A stretch of 64,000 bases of DNA from Euprymna scolopes (taxonomy: Eukaryota), in NCBI GenBank assembly GCA_053919585.1, contig CM132803.1; one strand, given 5' to 3'. A model generated the notes under the pieces. The model worked only from the letters and a program-made list of their open reading frames with translations. It searched no databases and had not been told where the DNA came from. Made by a program: the position numbers and the translations under genes. Below are positions 50,290-63,129 of the stretch, piece by piece (the first letter of the stretch is position 1; each line of letters opens with the position of its first letter).

Positions 50290-53200
50290 TGTGGAATTCA
50301 TATTTTGAAGGACCCCCACCCCCAATTACGGTGCCTTGCCTCACTCTCGTGGGGAGGAAAAAATACCTCTACACTGGAAAGCTTTGCCACAATGGCTGAC
50401 CAACTTCGAGCATACTGTAAACTTTGCTCAACAGGAGGCCACTTCATGAGTCACTACAAGGAATATCCTGATGTCCAGAAAGAAAAACCAGATGCAAGGA
50501 AGTTAACCTTCAACTCGCATGTACTGGCTTGGCTCATAAAAGCAGGGATTGCCAAGGAAAACAAAACAAGCTACCATTAAAATATGCACAGTGTGACTCT
50601 AGAGAGCATGTTAGCCCTCTTTGCGAGGAAGCAGAGAGGAGAGAAAAGCCAGCTCAATCCACCAATGTATATGCTAGCAGCCACTCTCAGAACCAACCTT
50701 CATATTACCCATAGTTTCCATTTCTGTGTCCAGAGGGAAATGAAAACAAAAATTTAACTTTTGTTTGACACGAGTAGTCAGAGATCCTACTTTTCCAAAC
50801 GAATAGTCGAAAAATTAAAATCCTCACGAGAACGTCTATGGAATCTGAAGTAAACACATTTTGGGGCACAAAAAAAAAGAAACTTGATGAGGTTGTTTTA
50901 GGAGTCCATCTAAACAAAGAACACACACTGCTCTTTATATTTCTAGTGGACAATGATTTCAACATAAACTTTAAAATTGAAAACTTTAGAACCGTGAAAA
51001 ACATCTTCAAAATATTAAACTATAAGTTAGTATTCCTGGACAACAGCAATGACCATATTCGTCATGTCCTGAGGCTCGTGTAGATTTTGTTTTAAATCCA
51101 AAAAACGTTATCCTGATCTGTTTCCAGAACTGTTTGATGAAAGTCCAGTGGAACATAACACCGAGAAGACGTTTGTCGTTGATTCATTAGGTTTCCACTC
51201 CGAACGAAAATACATTTGTCAGCGATTATGACAAAAACCAAATTGAAAAATTTAGAAAGTCTGCATACTTCAAAAATGGTGCATATTATGTAGATCTTCC
51301 CTGGCATGAGGACTAACTCGACTGTTCCTTCAAACTACCAAGTTGCACTTAAGGTGCTTGATAAAACAGTGAAGTATTTACAAACTTCAAAATTAAATTA
51401 TTATATTAAAGATTATACCAAGAGGAAAAGGAGGGAATTATAGAAAGAATCGAAGTATCCCCTGATAAATTTTCAGAATATATATGGATTCCTCAAAGAT
51501 CCATAATTAAAACAGATGAAGAGTCCACAACAAAAATAAGACCAGTATTTAACTGTTCCTTAAAAACACAAAATGGATGTTCACTGAATGAAGCTGCATA
51601 TCCTGGAGAATCTAATGAATGATTTGCTGGAACTCTTGTTGCTATTCAAAACTAATATGTTTTGCTAGCAGACATCAAAAAGATGTTCCTGATGATAAGA
51701 CTCAATTCTGAAAAGGATAAAAACAGATTCTGCTTTTTTCGAAAGGAACGGGACAATCTTCTTTGCTTCAGGTACACAACATTAATCTTTGGCTTTAACA
51801 CCAGCCCTTTCATACTATTCTATATTCTGTGATATCATGCCGAGCAGTTTGAAGATGAGATTCACAAAAATAATAATAATTTTTACATGGATAATCGATG
51901 TAAAACTAGCAATTCTCCAGAAGAACCTACACAAGCTCTATATGGAAGTACATCGCCTACAGAAAGGTGGCTTTGATTTGAGATTATGCAACTCAAAATG
52001 GCAACTACTCAATCACAGATGGAGAAAGATAATTGTTCAACCAAACTTGTTCAATTCGCGTTTATGACCGGACCCTGACCATTGTGCAAGCAAATCAGTG
52101 GTTTGGAAAAGGTCCTAGGCTATAAATATAACCCAAAATTAGACACCTTCCAAATCTTTAACACAGACATTGACAACAGTGTAAACAGTAAAAAAAGAGG
52201 TGTGTTGTCATAAACAGCAAAAGTCTTCGATCCTGTGTATCCCTGTGATGGTCAGAGCAAAGGTACTCCTACATGAGTTATGGTCCTTAAGTTCCTATGG
52301 TCCCTAAAACTAAGTTGGGATGATATGAGTTCCGACTCCTTGCTGGAATGTTAGTCCACCTTGGCAGGGAATTTGGCAGACTTAAGTGACTTGAAATTTC
52401 CAAGACAAGCTATAATCAGGACAGTCCAGTAACACTGCATCTTTTGTGATGCATCACCTAATGCCTATGGATTTGTAATGTATGGAATACAGAACAAAAA
52501 TTCAAACTTTGTGTTTGCCAAAACTAAGGTGGCACCTATGAAACCAAAAACACTACTTAACCTGGAATTACTAGCATCTTAGCTAGTTATAAAAACACTG
52601 CCCAATTTATTAAAAACTTACAAGCATGTAAAAATAAGTAATATTTACATTACAGTAGATGTCTAAGTGGTCCCATCATGGCTACTGTCTGAAAACATTA
52701 AGGCAAAAAGCCAGTACACCAGAAACAGGCTTAAAGATGTACATCAAATAAGTAAGGAAATCAGCCAAAAATATTCATTAGACATACAATTTAAGTATGG
52801 TCTCTCAGCAGAAGATCCGGTGGATCTGTTGTTGTGAAGTATATCTTTGAACAAGTTTTGACAAATGATCCGATACTAGACATGGGGCCCAAAATGGATG
52901 TCGAAAAGCCCAATAAATTGGCCTAATAGTAATCTGGACTGCTTGAGTCCCTAAAAAAAAGGAGATAGTCCAATCTTCGGTGCTACACACCACTGTTTCA
53001 GACTCTAAGGTGAAACCCAGTATACTTTATGACTGATTCTCAACATTGTCAAAGCTAATAAATGCTACAACCTTTGTATTTAAATTTAAAAATTCATTAA
53101 AGCATCATAATGATCGGACCCCACACCCTGACCACTGTGCAAGGATACATCTTTTCAAAATTATACAGTAGCAAATCTTCCAGAAGGAAATTGCTTACCT

Positions 53201-55480
53201 TAAAGACCCCAAGCAAAGCCTTCCTGAGCTTATCAAAGCTCTTAACCTATTCTTGGATGCAGAAGGAATAATAAGAACAGATGGGAGGATTAGCCCAAAT
53301 TTCAATTTATGATCCATCCAATTTTATTAGACAAACATCACCCTTTAACGGACCTAGTGATCAACGATCGTCATGACAAATGCAAGCATCTTGGCATAGG
53401 AGCAACTAAGTTGAGGCTCTCTGGATTTTGGGGTCCTCAAGCAAGCCAGGCAGTAAAGAAGGTACTATCAAAGTGCTTCACATGTAAAAGATTTAACAAC
53501 CTTACATTCAAATACCCTAAAATCACGAATCTGCCAAAGCACTTTCCAACAAACAGGAATAGATTACACTGGCCATTTGTGGGTCAAACAAGATGAAAAG
53601 TACAAAAAATGTAAATATTGGTTTTCACTTGCCTAAATGTAGGGGTGATTCACATAGAGCTTGTGGAAGACAAATCTACGACTGCATTCGTCCAAACTTT
53701 GATCAGGTTTACCAACACAAATGGTGTACCAGCTTACATTTACAGTACCAACGCTAGATCATTTGATGTTGCATTGAGAGGAGACATGGTGGAACATCAC
53801 ATACAAACTTCTGAGTTTGGAAAAAAATTCAACAGCTACAGAATCAAACTGTTTAAAAACCATTGGACTCACCAGCATGTAGGAATGCTTGATACAGGTG
53901 GTGAAGGCATGTTTATACAAAAGCATTGGTTGAGCCCAAATCAAATACTTTGAGCTACTGATGTCTCTTACTGATATACAAAATGCAGTACCTGCATGTC
54001 TTATATATCCATTATGAACACATCAAATATCCATTATGAACAGATATTCATCGGATAATGATCTCCAAATTATAACCCCCAATTGTCTTCTGCACCCTAA
54101 TGTCAATGGACTCGTAAGATCTAAGACCTCAGATGCAATAGAAACTGACCCTCCACCCCGCCTCACCGAGGATTGATCTCACAGAGACTTTGGAAGAGTA
54201 TGAAAGAATCTTGGAAAAATTTGGAGAAATGTGGTATGAAGAGAACTTATTCGGCCTCTGAGAAAGCTGCAAAGATCTGTACCAAATAATTTTTTTAATA
54301 TGATCAAATTAAATGATGTGATCCTTATAAAGAATCCAGCAAAGTCTAGACCTTATCGGCAACTTGGAAGGGTAATAGAACTCTTCCTGGGAGATAACAA
54401 GATTCGGTCATTTTGGGTAAAAAGAGGAGATAGACTGACACAAACGCATTCCATACAACATCTGCATCCACTAGAATTCTCACTCACGCACGACTACCAC
54501 CCTTTCTCCCTTGAAAGAGAGGAAATAAAAATCTCCAGCTCAATTACTGAAGGGCCAGTTACTGATGGCAGCCCCACTGTGACTATGAATTGTAATCAGA
54601 CACCATTGCGGGTAAAAAGAACAGCTAGTTGAAAAAATAGGAAAAATCACCCTGATGACTCGTACATATACTATTTCGTATAATGACTGTGGGTAAGGTT
54701 TAATAAAAAAAACATATATATATTTCTAACATGGAAAAGAAAAAGCAGCTGCAAAGGGAAATCGATTTGAAAGTAAATTTTAACCCTCCATGATTTACAT
54801 ACACACATCGTACATACATCCAAGTGAACCCTCCCTTAAACATTTCTGTTAAGCTCTCCAAAATTTGCATTCACTTATTAAGAATATTTTCAACGATGGC
54901 ATATTGTACATTCTACCTGCATGTCTTATATACCCATTATGAGCACATCAAAATATAAATCCCTTTTGAACATTGCTGTTCAGATGTTGTCAAATTTGTA
55001 TTGAAAATCCCCAGAAATGTGTCGATTTAAAGTTTCTATTTTCCTAATTGTACATCCTACGTACATTTTTATATTGTATTCATGTTATATATTAGCTAAG
55101 TTGTAAAATTTAATACAAATTTCTTGTCTATTATCTGGGGAAAAAAAACATTGCCACTCTGAACTGTTTGAACTTTTAAGAACCTTAATATAATGCTATG
55201 AAATTTTCATAGCATTATTCTCCTAAGTTGGGAATGTATTGGAATTTATTTGTCTCCCCTTCCTCTCACCGCTTACTTGTTGCCTCATCCCTTTAAAGCC
55301 AGGAATTGGCTAGCAGGAATTCCATCCCCTACTTCCTTGAGAGTCACATGAGCCAACCTATAAAAACCCTTGCGCGTTGCGTTCTGGCCTCTTTTTGAGG
55401 ACAGCAGTGAGAACTTTGGTGACAAGGCCCTCAATGGTAGTCACAGAAAACCATCCACTTCCTCTTCACCATTATCACAT
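50290..55480 (+). mobile_element. BEL/Pao LTR retrotransposon, near full coding length, heavily mutated, with probable 3' LTR from 55235
   Basis: Cys/His gag remnants; IWIPQRSIIK..TTKIRPVFNCSLK; LADIKKMFLMI; YMDN; RH CDASPNAYG; IN HPILLDKHHPLT..HLGI..CFTC, FTCLNVGVIHIELV, LGRVIELF; PPT-like aagttgggaa|TG; TATAAAA near 55359. Confidence 0.9.
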
Positions 55481-55701
55481 TGAACAGTGTCTATTTCTCT
55501 GCGCAGCCCCTAACGGTAGCAGGAAGGCAGTCATTATGCATCCCCCAATATCCGTTTACATTACAACTAAGCCAAGAAGCAGAATATATTTACATCCACA
55601 TGAAAAGAGCCAAATTGAGGGATGCACACATGCACCTGTTATTCAAACTCTTCATTCAGATAAGTTCCTATGGCTACTATAGTTGCACACATGAACTTAC
55701 T

Positions 55702-55704
<3 letters not shown>

Positions 55705-55734
<30 letters not shown>
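55705..55734. repeat. (CA)n microsatellite
   Basis: Direct observation. Confidence 0.9.
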
Positions 55735-55739
<5 letters not shown>

Positions 55740-55972
55740 TCAAATGAAATTCTCATATAATTAAATCAAGTGTTAGCTCTAGGACAGAGCTCCTAGATCT
55801 CAAAAAACAAGCCAAAATAAAATAATAAAAAAAGAGATATCTATATTGCCCTGACTTTAACACCATTATAAAACTTCCATTTTTTGTAAATGAATACTTC
55901 TTTTTATTTTTTTTTTTAATATTTTTTTACAAACAGAACATTTTTTATATATTATTTTTGATTGGAATTCAT

Positions 55973-56186
55973 TATTAATTGATTTATTGCAGACTATTAT
56001 TCTCATCTTTATTAGTTGTTGTTTTCACAACATTTCGGCCAACTATTTCTCTGGCCTTCGTCAGGTGGGAAGTTCCTATCCGTCAGGGTTACCACCTGAC
56101 GAAGGCCAGAGGAATAGTTGGCCGAAATATTGTGAAAACAACAACTATAAAGATGAGAATAATAGTCCGCAATAAATAAATTAATA
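55973..56186. repeat. ~95-bp inverted repeat (23-nt spacer) with two head-to-head hammerhead-ribozyme-like cores; Penelope-like-element derived
   Basis: Arms 55973-56068 and 56092-56186; each strand reads ccacCTGACGA aGGCC-12nt-GGCC GAAA t(a/g)tt gtg. Confidence 0.7.
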
Positions 56187-57221
56187 GAACATTTTTTTCT
56201 TCAGAAACGAACACTTTTTTTCTTTCTGACTAACAGGACATTCATTTAACATTCATTTAACGTAGAGTTACTCACCTTTGCATCTTCATCCATACTCTTG
56301 GACTTATTCGATTACTCCTTGTTTCCATTCCTATTTTATTTACACATAAGCAAAGATGATTCAATAAAGTTGTTTTAAATGTTAAAATGAAACTGTCTAC
56401 CTATTCCACTGGTTTATTGCCATTCAAATCTCAGGAAAGACCAATGATCAAATAGATTTTAATAAAAAGTGATTGCTTGCAATAATGCAACATAATCTGC
56501 AAAGGTTTTTGAAATAGGAGACGAGTATGGAAAATCTTGAGAAGTGTCTCACTCAGACTCTATTGTTTATTTTCAGTGAATGATCGGTGATAATAAGTTT
56601 GTAAAAAATAAAAAATAAACAAGATAGTTTTAAAAAATGCACAAAAATGTAACTCTCGAGCAATACTGTGTGGAGAATATAAAAGTATTCTATGCACCTG
56701 TGAGTAAGCATTATATGTTGTCTATTGTTTTCATAATACAAACATCTCTTTGCTTTATCATTAAATATAATACATGCATCTGTAAGAATGGCATGTGTAT
56801 AACAATGGGATAATAATGAGATTTTATTTACTCACAATTTGTCAAGATCAAACACTAAATAACTGTAAAGAAGGGCATGTAATTCTCAAAACATATATAA
56901 CGAAAATATCTCAGAAAAAAAAAGTAAAATTGTACCTTTTGCGATTCGAATATGCATGCGTTATTCACTTTATATGATAAAAAGGAAACATTCTTTTCAT
57001 TGTGTGAATTCCTACAATTCTTCATGTTTTGATCTTATTTGTTTCAACAATGATGACCATCTTATCATCCTGGAGAGAGGATGGATAACTCTCACTCAAT
57101 CATGAAGCAAGGGTTGCACAATTACTAACCACTGCTTTTCAGAGTTGGCACTGCTTGATTCCAGTGGCAAGGAGAAGTCCAGCACTACTAGAAACAATAT
57201 TGAGGCAAGGATAAGAGCACA

Positions 57222-57286
57222 TACAGTACCTGGTATTCCCAAATGGTCACCCATTTTAGTACTGAACAGTCTCAACACTGCTTAAC
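57222..57286 (-). pseudogene. 5S rRNA-derived fragment (3' half; pseudogene or SINE3 head)
   Basis: Minus GTTAAGCAGTGTTGAGACTGTTCAGTACTAAAATGGGTGACCATTTGGGAATACCAGGTACTGTA aligns by eye with animal 5S positions ~50-115 (internal control region). Confidence 0.8.
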
Positions 57287-59369
57287 AGGAACCACAATAC
57301 AATGAACATGAATAAATAACATAAACATGTCACCTGTTTGTGTGTTTCTTTGTTTTTATCCGAATCCTAGGGTTTCACATAAGTCAAATGCTAGAATTAC
57401 CTATTAATTTAAGCAAAGCTGCAAAGTGGAATTCATCTCCTGTTACCTTTGGTAAAATTGAACTTACTGTCAAACTTAAGTATGTAATTTCCAGAGGAGG
57501 AAGGGATGGTTCACTATGTGCTCTTTACTGAACCGCTAAATTTAACAGATCTTTAATTTAAGAAATTTTACTAACGATTAAGTAGCTTGAAGCTACAATA
57601 TATGAAATTCCAATCACGAATGAAAAACTTGTTTATCTTTCAAATAGCTTACAATGAAGAAATTGTTTTCCAATTAGCTTATGAAAAAAATTCACTTTTT
57701 TTTATAAAGATTATTTTAAAATTTAATTTTAAAATATTTGAATTATAGGAAACATAAAAGTACACGATCAAACTAATAAAATGTTTTAATGTGTTATGAA
57801 AATGAGAACTCTGAAGCATTTAAAAATAAATCGAAAATTATATAAATTATTAAACATAAAGATACGTTTCAATATATGTAGCAGTTCCAAATTATAAAAT
57901 TATCTGTAATTGCCTAAAAAAAAGTAGAATCTCCCTTTCCTCATTTATTGGATAAATATGATTTTTTTTTAATTTAATAACATACATATTTTTCATATCT
58001 ATAAAAAAAAAAGCCACAATTTATTTTTTGTACCTCAATTAACAATACCAAGGTAATTTAATTTTTTTACTTGAACTGTTTCATTTATGGATTGATTATT
58101 TTAGTCTTTCAAATTGTCTCTTGAAAATATACTTTTTTTTTTTTGCCACTCCTATTTACCTCCCCTACATTATCAGCCTTATCTACATAAGTGCCAATGC
58201 ATTCAGGCATTGAGCTAGAGTTAATTAAATTTTGAAAAACTGTAGTGCCTTCCACACGAATTCTCCATGTATGTTGTAAGATAATGACACCTACCTGCAA
58301 AAACTAGCATTGTTAAAAGTATCTCAAAGGAAAGATGTGATCTGGGACTACTTTTAAATGTGATATTCCCTAATAGCTTTCAACAGAAACCGTCTGAATC
58401 AGTCCATAGTTTGCACCAGACCGAATTCACGGTGGAGTCATAATTTCAGGAATGTATTTTTAGTAGAACCATTAAAGGTAAATTTTACAGAGTCGTCAAT
58501 CCATAGAAAGGGTTACTAACTTACACCCCATAATAAAGAAATAAAATTAAAATCTGAAAAGTAACGACACTTGACAAAAACATGAAATCGCAGTATTAAC
58601 ATGAAATAAACATTTATTTACTCGTTAGGAATATTAGTTTTGATTGTTCCAATTGTTTTAATGTGTTCAATGTTAATAATGAAGGATTAGTAAAGTGAGG
58701 ATTTTGTGAGTATCGGAGAAGGCTTGAAATTATTGATTTTTGTATAAGTGTGCCGCATCTGGCTATTTTTGAGAAAAACAGTCCGTAAATCATATAAGCA
58801 GATGTGTGTGTGTGTTCGTAGCATAAGAACAGTAGTTTGAAATAAGATTGGTTTAGAAAGAGATTTAAATCCTTGCTCGATGTGGTGATTTTCTATGCTG
58901 GGTATAGTTTGTGTCTGTTGCGTGTAAAGTCATGACAGGTTTTAAGGTCTTCTGTGGACGGAATTTCCTTGACACGTGTTGAACTGGAGAAATTGAAAGG
59001 AAAACTGATTTGATTTTGGCGGCCAAGTCTTTATATACAGGCTTTATTAAACGTTCCAGCCTGTATACTGTTTATGCGAGAAAGCATAACATAGTTCTTT
59101 TCTTTTATGTGTGCCATGGTTGCATCACATCATGTTCCTACGCGTTTTTCATATGTGTGGGTATTTCAAAGCGGTGATCGCTGTGAAATGTTCCTGCCAT
59201 TCCATTTATTTAACCGAGAATTTGCAGGTGTCGTCTAGTATTTAAAAAACAAAACTTAAAAACAACTTAATAAATAATTTTAAAATATTTAATCAGGTCA
59301 GAAACACATCCAAAGTAGTATTAAAGTCGTATGAAGATTGATGGGTTTGTATTGTATATTTGTATTCTA

Positions 59370-59925
59370 CACCTAGATTCAAAAAAGTTGTCAAAAAACA
59401 AATATATAACTAATAAATGTTATCAAAGGCAAGGTAAGTTACTTTTTTACCTAACTGGATAATTTTTTAGTGTGTTTATTTAATGTAACATGTTTATTCA
59501 GCTCGAAAAACGTACAGCGTTTACGACGTATTGGAAATTAAAAATTGCGCCGGACTCTCTGTTGAATACGGTAAGTTTGGGAAAATGAGTTAAAAATAAA
59601 AAGCTATACAAAATACTTTTAGAAACTCTGTCAATATGTTACCATGACATATACTGACATATATTCAGTGGGTTTTTAACATTATTTTGTATAGTTTTTT
59701 TATTTTTTACTCATTTTCACAAACTTACAGTGTTCAGCAGAGAGCCCGACACCATTTTTAATTTTCCAATACATCGGTAAACACTGTTTTTCAGGCTGAA
59801 TAAACATTTTACATTAAATAAAAACACTAAAAACTTATCCAATTAGGTAGAAAAGTAACATCTTGCCTTTGATAACATTTATTTGTTATATATTTGTTTT
59901 TTGACAACTTTTTCGAATCTACGTG
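59370..59925. mobile_element. Fold-back MITE with ~245-bp inverted arms
   Basis: cacctagattcaaaaaagttgtc... / ...gacaactttttcgaatctacgtg; arms pair inward to ~59615 / ~59683. Confidence 0.85.
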
Positions 59926-60494
59926 CATAGTAATAAAGATCCAGATCAACAATTTACCGAAATTTAAATCCTAAAAATAGAAATACAAAAATAGGGCGCC
60001 TCAAAACATTCCACAGCCATCAGAAAATTATTTAAACAAAAACATGGCAAGGTGGATTCTACTGCTTAGTATTGTTAATAACAGGATAAAAATCTATTCA
60101 GATGCGTATTGACCTTTGTATCTTTTTTCAGTCTGTCTGATGAAATGCCAATCTGTAATATTTTTGAACAACATAAAGTTTAAAATTGTCCGAATCGTGT
60201 CAAAACAATTGTAACACTATTGAAAACTATACAATATGATGCAATTTTTTCCCCCTCATTATGTTGGTTTTGAAAATATATATTTGTTACAATATTTTTT
60301 CTTTCAAAGAAAAAGACCTACATATCCTCAATCGTTATAATTTTCTTTTTCTTTCAAAAATGGTCCACACGTGTTCATGAAATTGTTGTTTATAAATCCT
60401 TAATATCTTTTTTCATCTTAGTTACCACATGTAATGTTGTAAAATACCCCGGCTTGTGGTTATCCACAATAAAATAGAACAGAACACAAACATA

Positions 60495-62071
60495 CATTGC
60501 TGATCAAAAATTTAAGACCACTTAAAAATCTTTAAAAAGAAACCATTTTTTTAAGGATAGATTTTAAACTCTTCCAACTTAAGATTACTAATACTACAAT
60601 ATAAAGATTATGGAAACGAAAAGGTACATTCCAAAAATTTTATTTAAAAATGTTCATTTTTATTAAATTAGGCTGTTTACACATGATCAAAATTATAAGA
60701 CCAAGGGTATAAATTGTTAGATTTATGGTCATTCTAATGTTTTTAGTTCAATTAGAGATTAGCAATCACTGTGTAAAGGTGTTACCATGCCTAAAGCAAG
60801 AAAACTAACCGAAGTTAAGCGCTCTTGAATTCTAGGATTCCATAAGCAAGGTTTGTCACATCAAGCGATAGCAGCTAAGGTAAATCCCAGTAAAACTGTT
60901 ATTTGCAGCTTTCTAAAGAACACTGAGAATTATGGAAAAGCAAAATCCTTTGGTAGGACCCCCCACCACCACCACCACCACCAAAATTTCTCCTGCATTG
61001 AGTAGGAGAATCGGACGAGTTGTTATGAATGAGAGAAGACTTTCTTCTAGGCAAATAAAGGCGGTTACAGATGCTGATTGCAGTCCAATAATCATCAGAC
61101 GACACTTACAACAAAAAGGCATGGTAAATAAAAAGCTTAAACAAATTCCTTGATTGCTTCCACGTCACAAAGTGAACTGCTTAAGATTTGATCATGAATA
61201 CCAAACCTGGGACGTTGAGAAGTGGAAGAAAGTCCTGCTTTCTGATGAGAAAAAATTCAATTTAGATGGTCCTGATGGCTTCCAGTGATATTGGCATGAC
61301 AAAATGATGCCCCTTGAAATTTTTTCCATACGTCATAGTGGTGGAGAGTCGGTGATGGTATGGGGTGCCTTTTCTTACAGGGGAACGATGGAGCTCCAGG
61401 TGGTGCAGGGTCGTCAGACAGCAGCTGGTTATGTTAGCATGATACAAAAAGCATCTTTGATGATGGAAGGTCATCGTTTGTGTGGGGATGGATGGTTATT
61501 CCAACAGGATAATGCTGCAATCCACATGCAAGATGGACCTTGAGCTTTCTACAAGAACATGGAGTCCATCTCTTGGGAGATCCTACATGCTCACCGGACT
61601 TGAAAATGTTTGGGGATGGATGACAAGAGATGTTTATCGAAATGGCAAACAATATTCAACAAAAAATGAACTTCGTGAAGCCACCTTCAGAAACTGGAGC
61701 AGGATCCCTTGCACCTTAATAGAAACCCTTATTTCTATCATGCCGAAAGAATTTTTGAAGTTATCAAAAGCAGTAGAGGTAGAACGTATTATTAAGTTTG
61801 ATTGTTGAATGTTTTCATACACTTTTTGTACAATTTAATAGAATTTTTGTCTCTGGTCTTATAATTACGATCATGTGTAAAAAGCATAATTTAATAAAAA
61901 TGTAAATTTTAAAAATAAATCTTTGGATTGTAGCTTTTTGTTTCCATAACCTTTTAGATTGTAGTATTGGTAACCTTAAGTCGGAAGAGTTTAAAATCTA
62001 TACTTAAAAAAGATGTTTTTTTTTTTTTTTTTAATGATTTTTAAGTAGTCTTAAATCTTTGATCAGCAGTG
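60495..62071 (+). mobile_element. Tc1/Tc3-like DNA transposon with ~210-bp IR/DR termini, transposase pseudogene
   Basis: TA flanks; TIR cattgctgatcaaaaatttaagacca / tagtcttaaatctttgatcagcagtg; inner DRs at ~60681 and ~61855; [35 protein letters not shown]; ATG at 60787, several stops. Confidence 0.92.
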
Positions 62072-62126
62072 TACAATTAACAACAGCACGCTCCCAGATT
62101 AAACTGGTTCTCACCCTTTTTTAATC

Positions 62127-62158
<32 letters not shown>

Positions 62159-62189
62159 CGTTTCAAAGGTAGATAATTCTTTTGGGAAT

Positions 62190-62820
62190 TATGTCCCTGT
62201 AATTATAAACTATGGCATATCGCTACTTGGACGTAAGGAGTCATTATTTGGGACCATGCCGAGGAAAGATTAACAAGATGTTGGTTTATGTTACATTTAA
62301 ACTTCTGCATATCAGTATAGCCAGGGAAGCAGACAGCAGTAAGGGAATTCCAAAATCTAGCTGTTCGAAGGAAGAAACTGTTATAATAGAAAGCTTTCTA
62401 GCATTTAGATATCTCAACAGTGAAGAGTTGAGATTTTGTTGCTAAGTGGGTTTGTCATGGATATGTATGTCAAAGGGACACAAGTGCAAGGAGTTCATCA
62501 GAGCACATTCCATTAAAATACTTGTAAAACAAGCACAGAGATGCAACACTGCGGTGATTGGACAGGAATTGGAGCTTAGTTGACAAAGTGGGACCTATTA
62601 GATTGAAAACTCTTTTTTGGACCCTATCCAAGAGGGAGAGGCTAGTGGTAGATACACCAGCCTCGAGGTGGTAACAATACTCCATGCATGGGCGAATGGT
62701 GGCCTTGTAGAGATACAGGATACTCTCAGTATGAGTAGTCTCCTAGCTCAGTAAAAGGAACCCACCTTCTTAGCAGCAGCTTTCACAATGTCCTCAATGT
62801 ATTTGTTTCAGTTCATATTT
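62190..62820 (-). mobile_element. CR1/L2-group LINE 3' fragment
   Basis: RPCMEYCYHLEAG..LLDRVQKRVFNLIG..HRSVASLCLFYKYFNGMCSDEL; related to 17007-18392. Confidence 0.8.
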
Positions 62821-63129
62821 CCTGCAAATTTTTGGCAGGGGAGTTTGAAGGAAGAATTCTAAGGTAGGGTGTTATTTGTCATCCAGAATTCCTATCTATC
62901 GTGATTTTATGCATTTCCTGATTTTATGCATGCTTTCTTTTGGCTGGCGCTATTTCTCTCTTACAATGATTTCTAGCATCTACAAATATTCGCCTATTCA
63001 TATTTGACTAATGACATATAAACCGGCAAAACGCATGCTGTCTTTGTGCAATGACAGCTACACAATCTGTAGTGAACCATGGGGATGAGTGGGATTTCAT
63101 ATATTGTCTGCTTTGTCTTTGATTTATAA

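Larger units (their letters stand above)
47611..58793 (-). other. Speculative multi-exon transcript (~176-aa frame, no recognisable homology)
   Basis: GT-AG-bounded, phase-compatible segments 58793-58622, 58553-58525, 58294-58160, 57446-57401, 56330-56276, 47734-47692, 47661-47611. Confidence 0.2.

Noticed and set aside
56401-56496. Additional coding exon of the putative minus-strand gene
   Set aside because: AG/GT bounded but has stop codons in all three frames.
57222-57286. Functional 5S rRNA gene
   Set aside because: The 5' ~50 nt are missing, there are many substitutions, and there is no T-run terminator.
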